10,715 nt of DNA from Polyangiales bacterium. GTDB taxonomy: Bacteria; Myxococcota_A; Polyangia; Polyangiales; Houyiibacteriaceae. Shown one piece after another: positions 7,339 through 10,715 of this stretch (the stretch's first letter is position 1; each line of letters opens with the position of its first letter). The stretch is from NCBI GenBank assembly GCA_045106895.1, contig JBGCFM010000236.1, forward strand, positions 1-10,715, written 5' to 3'. The notes below the pieces were generated by a model. It saw only the letters and a program-made list of their open reading frames with translations, had not been told where the DNA came from and did not search any database. The position numbers were made by a program, and so were the translations under genes.

Positions 7339-7761
7339 TTACGTGTCGGCGGGGGCGTCCTGGAACTGCGAAAAGAGGGTGCGATACTTTTCCGGAATCG
7401 GCTGTCCGCGAAATCCGTCCATCGAGACGCAAGCGACGGTGATGTGGGCTTTGGCGATGTCGCGCTCGCCGACGCGCCCGCGGTAGGCAAAGGTCGCTGA
7501 CTTGGTGCCGAGCTTCGTGACCCAAACATCGATGTCGAAAACGTCACCAAAGCGAAGCGGCGATTGAAAGTCGACGTCGACGTGCACCGCAGGCCAACCG
7601 CAACGGTCCGTCTCCAGACTCTCGCGGTACGGAATGCCGTTGTCGCCGAAGAGGTCCTCGAAGGCGCAGTGGAAGAAGTGCAGGAAGCGCGGGAAGTAGA
7701 CGAGCTGCGCGTGGTCTTCGTCCCCGAAGCGGATCTTGCGCTGGGTTCGAAAGGTTCCCAC
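7339..7761 (-). CDS. Acyl-CoA thioesterase, hotdog fold (4HBT/YbgC-like), 140 aa
   Basis: IRFGDEDHAQLVYFPRFLHFFH matches the R-x-x-D-x-D-x-x-x-x-V-Y thioesterase motif; also VDFQSPLRFGD, LGTKS and PIPE. The likely start is GTG 7761-7759, 2 nt after the upstream TAG and preceded by GGAGGAG. The longer track N-terminus (to 8115) overlaps the lipoprotein gene in another frame. Confidence 0.9.
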   Translation of the reverse strand: MGTFRTQRKIRFGDEDHAQLVYFPRFLHFFHCAFEDLFGDNGIPYRESLETDRCGWPAVHVDVDFQSPLRFGDVFDIDVWVTKLGTKSATFAYRGRVGERDIAKAHITVACVSMDGFRGQPIPEKYRTLFSQFQDAPADT

Positions 7762-7763
7762 GG

Positions 7764-8207
7764 CTACTCCTCCATCGGCGTCGCCGGCATCGGCGCGCAG
7801 AAGCCCGCCGGGAACGACAGCTCTTCGCAGGTGTCGCCGGGCGTTGGGCAGCTTGGGTTGCGCGTGTCGCACGCGACGCGGCACACGGCGACGTCGCCCT
7901 CTTGAATGCAGACGCCGCCCGCTTCGCAGACGCTGCTGTCGATGCAGCCGTTGCCAGGTGCGACGGATCCGCCGAGGTAACACACGTTCTCCATGTCGGA
8001 AGCGACGGCGATGCACACCTCGCCTCCTTCGCAGAGGCGCGTATCCGCTTCGCACGTCTCCATGCAGAGGGCGACTGCCCCGGGAACGTCGAAACAGAGA
8101 GAGCCTTCGACACACTCTTCGCTCGTCAAGCAGGGTTCAGCGACTTTGGTCTCGAGCCCCTCGCAACCGAAGACACAGAGCAAGGCGATGAGGAAGAGGT
8201 GACGCAC
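7764..8207 (-). CDS. Cys-rich lipoprotein with two tandem 8-Cys units
   Basis: MRHLFLIALLCVFG-C signal and lipobox, followed by 16 further Cys in two similarly spaced blocks. Confidence 0.85.
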   Translation of the reverse strand: MRHLFLIALLCVFGCEGLETKVAEPCLTSEECVEGSLCFDVPGAVALCMETCEADTRLCEGGEVCIAVASDMENVCYLGGSVAPGNGCIDSSVCEAGGVCIQEGDVAVCRVACDTRNPSCPTPGDTCEELSFPAGFCAPMPATPMEE

Positions 8208-8282
8208 TCCGACGTCGTAGCAGAAGCCGCAGCCCCTGGCACTTGCTGTTCAGGCGACGTGGGTTGCCCTAAAAAAACGGGG

Positions 8283-10292
8283 CTATTCTCGTGAATCCGG
8301 TCGGCTGGGCACGATCTGGGCGAGTTGCCACGCTTGCACTCGCATTTGCCGCTCGAGCTCTGAGTGCGTTTCCTTCACCCGGGCCACGAACCACGCGCAC
8401 GCCAGGATGAAGGGTACGTGGATGATCAGAAGAAAGGCCAAGGTGCTCCGAAACGAGAGCTCAAACATCATCGAGTGGACGATGATCTGTCCGTCGACGA
8501 CATCAAAGGTAGGCGGCAAGAGGCCACTGAACTCAACGAGCACCGGCACGATGACGGCGCAGACGCCCATCGTCGCGATCCAAAATCGCTCACGGGGCTT
8601 GTGTGCGGCGACGGCGTAGGCCGCGGTGTTCGCGAGGGCGAGCGTCGGCACGACCATGAAGGGGCCGAGGACGACGATGGAGACGATGACGGCGATGGTC
8701 GCCGCAACGATGTGGTCAAGGGAGATGGCCGGCGTCTGGTCGCGCCGGTAGTGGTACACGGAGAGCAGGAAACACGCGCCGATGGAGACGCCTTCGACGG
8801 TGAACGCGACCCAGTTCTTGACGCCCATGAAGAGCACGAGCGGGACAATACCGATGAAGCTCGCGTAGACGACCATCGCGACCTTGAGTCCGACGCGTTT
8901 GGCTTCCAGACGCGCCTTGCGCAGCTCCTCCGCCGCCTCCGCGGGCATCTCGTCGGGCGGCTCCGTCAAGAGCCGATAGAAGGTATGAAGCGCGGTCTCG
9001 TTCGTCGGGTCGAGACCGAGCGCCGCGCCGACTTCGCGCATCGCATGACGGCGCGCGCCTTCCTCATCGACGCCGGCGAGAGAAACGCTGAGCGTATCGT
9101 CCGCGGACTTCGCGGCGTGAGTCGATTCCGAGTGAGCACGCCCCTCAAGGACACGCTCCGCGTTCGCGGCGTGAGCTTGGGCGGCCTTGCGGCGTAGCGT
9201 GAGGTCATGGTCGCCGTCGAGGTAGGCCTCCAAGGTTTCCGAGAGGAGCGCTGCAGACGCAATGCGCTCCTCGGGCAGCACTTTGAGCGCCTCGGCGCAG
9301 AGCGAGTCCAGCTCTGGAGGAACCCCGCCGTCTGGGGCCGCGACGCTCGCGCGTGGAGCCGGGGACAGCGTCGAGATCACATAGTCGTTGAACGTCTCGC
9401 CCTCGTGAAGAGCCCGACGCGTCAGTATCTGAAAGAGGATCGCGCCGAGGGCGTAGACATCCGCGCGCTCATCGACGACAACGTCTGCGCCCTTGAGCTG
9501 CTCCGGCGCCATGAAGCCCGGCGTGCCCACAATGGCGCCGTCCACGGTGTGATTCTCGTGGGCCACCTGCGCCAGGTTCTCCTCCGCCTCCAACTCGTCT
9601 GCGCCGGCGGTCTTCGCGAGGCCCCAATCGAGGACGTACACCTCGCCGAAGTCCCCGAGCATGATGTTGGCGGGCTTGAGGTCGCGGTGCAGAACGCCAC
9701 GCGTGTGAGCAAAAGCCATCGTGAGGCAGGTCTGCTGCAGGGCTTTGAGCAGACGTCGGCGCGGATAGAGCTCTTCGATCTCGGCGTCGCCGCTGTTCAG
9801 GCCCCGGAAGATCTGCTGAAGACTTCGACCGCGCACCCGCTTCATCGTGAAGTAAAGGTTTCCGTCGGGGTTGGAGCCGAAATCATAGACAGGAACGATG
9901 GAGGGATGCTCAAGCTGACCTTGAACGCGGGCCTCCCGAACGAAACGGGCCTGGGCCCTCGCTCGGCTTTCGGGGTCGTCACCACGGATCACTTTGAGAG
10001 CGACGTCGCGGCCCACGGTTCGGTCGCGCACAAGGTGCACTTCGCCCATGCCGCCTTCGCCGAGCAAGTACCGAAAGAGATAGCGCGAGCGGAAATCGAG
10101 GGCGGCGCGGCCAATGCTGTCCACGTCGAGGACCTGGCTCGGCGTTGTGGCCTCTCCCGGCAGCACGAGAGACGAGTCTCCGACATCGACGGCCTGGGGG
10201 CGACTGCTGGCTGTCAGCGGCGTCGCGGTGCCCGGCTTGATCGCGCGAGTGGGCTGCTCCGTCGAGGGAACCGAGTCAGGCACGTCGGACAT
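8283..10292 (-). CDS. Hanks-type Ser/Thr protein kinase with C-terminal multi-pass membrane domain
   Basis: LGEGGMGEV, VALK, HRDLKPAN, DWG, GTPGFMAPE, DVYALG; about 5-6 hydrophobic segments in the last ~200 aa. Confidence 0.95.
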   Translation of the reverse strand: MSDVPDSVPSTEQPTRAIKPGTATPLTASSRPQAVDVGDSSLVLPGEATTPSQVLDVDSIGRAALDFRSRYLFRYLLGEGGMGEVHLVRDRTVGRDVALKVIRGDDPESRARAQARFVREARVQGQLEHPSIVPVYDFGSNPDGNLYFTMKRVRGRSLQQIFRGLNSGDAEIEELYPRRRLLKALQQTCLTMAFAHTRGVLHRDLKPANIMLGDFGEVYVLDWGLAKTAGADELEAEENLAQVAHENHTVDGAIVGTPGFMAPEQLKGADVVVDERADVYALGAILFQILTRRALHEGETFNDYVISTLSPAPRASVAAPDGGVPPELDSLCAEALKVLPEERIASAALLSETLEAYLDGDHDLTLRRKAAQAHAANAERVLEGRAHSESTHAAKSADDTLSVSLAGVDEEGARRHAMREVGAALGLDPTNETALHTFYRLLTEPPDEMPAEAAEELRKARLEAKRVGLKVAMVVYASFIGIVPLVLFMGVKNWVAFTVEGVSIGACFLLSVYHYRRDQTPAISLDHIVAATIAVIVSIVVLGPFMVVPTLALANTAAYAVAAHKPRERFWIATMGVCAVIVPVLVEFSGLLPPTFDVVDGQIIVHSMMFELSFRSTLAFLLIIHVPFILACAWFVARVKETHSELERQMRVQAWQLAQIVPSRPDSRE

Positions 10293-10297
10293 GCGCG

Positions 10298-10303
10298 AGG
10301 ATA
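10298..10303 (-). promoter_or_regulatory. Putative -10 element TATCCT (leaderless-type) of the kinase gene
   Basis: TATCCT-CGCGC-ATG(10292). A GAGG just upstream of the hexamer could instead act as a distant Shine-Dalgarno. Confidence 0.4.
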
Positions 10304-10319
10304 CCTCTTCAACGTCAAC

Positions 10320-10715
10320 CTAGTCGCGTCGAAACTCGTCGCCGACACGGACGCGGGAGGCGACACCGGCCACGACCTCGAGGACTTCATCGGCGCGGTG
10401 GCAACGAAGTGAGTCTTCCTCCGCGCCGAAACTCTCCACGGCGCTGACTCGGCCGGCCTCCACAAAGACCGCGTCGATGGCGAAAGCCACCCCGCGATTG
10501 GTGATGCAGACTTCGCTGACGCCCGGAAACACCAGCAGCAACCCTTGCTCTGGTGAGAGCGACGAATAGTCCCGAAGCCCACTGCGCCGGGCGTCTTCGC
10601 TCTCGGCGAGATCGACTTCAACGCTCAGCACCGTCTCGCCGCCGGAGAGCACCTCCGCCTGAAGAGACGGCGCGCACCCGGCGCAGAAAGCCATGAGCGT
10701 GAGCGCGACGAGACG
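10320..10715 (-). CDS. DUF192-family lipoprotein, 5'-truncated by the window
   Basis: The frame is open to the window edge: ...RLVALTLMAFCAG-C (lipobox). VEVDLAESEDARRSGL...LSPEQGLLLVFP...IDAVFV...VLEVVAG...VRVGD follows the DUF192 pattern. Confidence 0.8.
   Translation of the reverse strand, partial: RLVALTLMAFCAGCAPSLQAEVLSGGETVLSVEVDLAESEDARRSGLRDYSSLSPEQGLLLVFPGVSEVCITNRGVAFAIDAVFVEAGRVSAVESFGAEEDSLRCHRADEVLEVVAGVASRVRVGDEFRRD

Noticed and set aside
7762..8115. Arg-rich N-terminal extension of the thioesterase in the ORF track
   Set aside because: It is an off-frame reading of the lipoprotein gene; GTG 7761 has a strong GGAGGAG Shine-Dalgarno.
8264..8285. T7 tract (A7 at 8271-8277 on the plus strand) after the kinase stop as an intrinsic terminator
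   Set aside because: The only stem is about 4 bp (GCCC/GGGC) and encloses the T run instead of preceding it.
2080..9140. Candidate HxsA precursors: His/Ser patches such as LSHSESS (lipoprotein) and AHSESTH (kinase linker), and the spacers 4615-4687 and 6470-6564
   Set aside because: No tandem His-Xaa-Ser repeats, and no credible small ORF in the spacers.
10304..10320. TTGACG as a -35 element for the kinase promoter
   Set aside because: It is only 9 nt from TATCCT, too close for sigma70-type spacing.
8364..10412. Plus-strand ORFs 8364..9197 and 9207..10412
   Set aside because: Antisense shadows of the kinase gene.
1..10715. CRISPR arrays, tRNA/rRNA genes, transposases or integrases
   Set aside because: None seen by eye. 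The window is almost fully coding and the spacers are under about 100 nt.

Overview
GC-rich bacterial DNA, probably from a myxobacterium (inferred from the Cys-rich lipoproteins and a DWG-type membrane Ser/Thr kinase). All credible genes lie on the minus strand. In transcription order (right to left) they are: a divergent DUF192 lipoprotein whose start lies outside the window, a membrane-bound Ser/Thr kinase, a lipoprotein with two 8-Cys units, a hotdog-fold acyl-CoA thioesterase, a hypothetical protein, and a variant His-Xaa-Ser (Hxs)-type paired radical SAM locus. That locus has an HxsC-like radical SAM fused to a class I methyltransferase, two tandem HxsD-like genes and hxsB, but no visible HxsA precursor. 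To its left is a compositionally different two-gene unit that the ORF track misses or mis-starts: a lipoprotein cut off from its signal peptide by one extra base in a G7 run, coupled (ATGA overlap) to a secreted Ca-binding, Cys-rich protein of at least 533 aa that runs off the left edge. Four genes have a TANNNT hexamer 5-7 nt upstream of the start codon, suggesting leaderless transcription. All family assignments come from motif recognition, not database searches.
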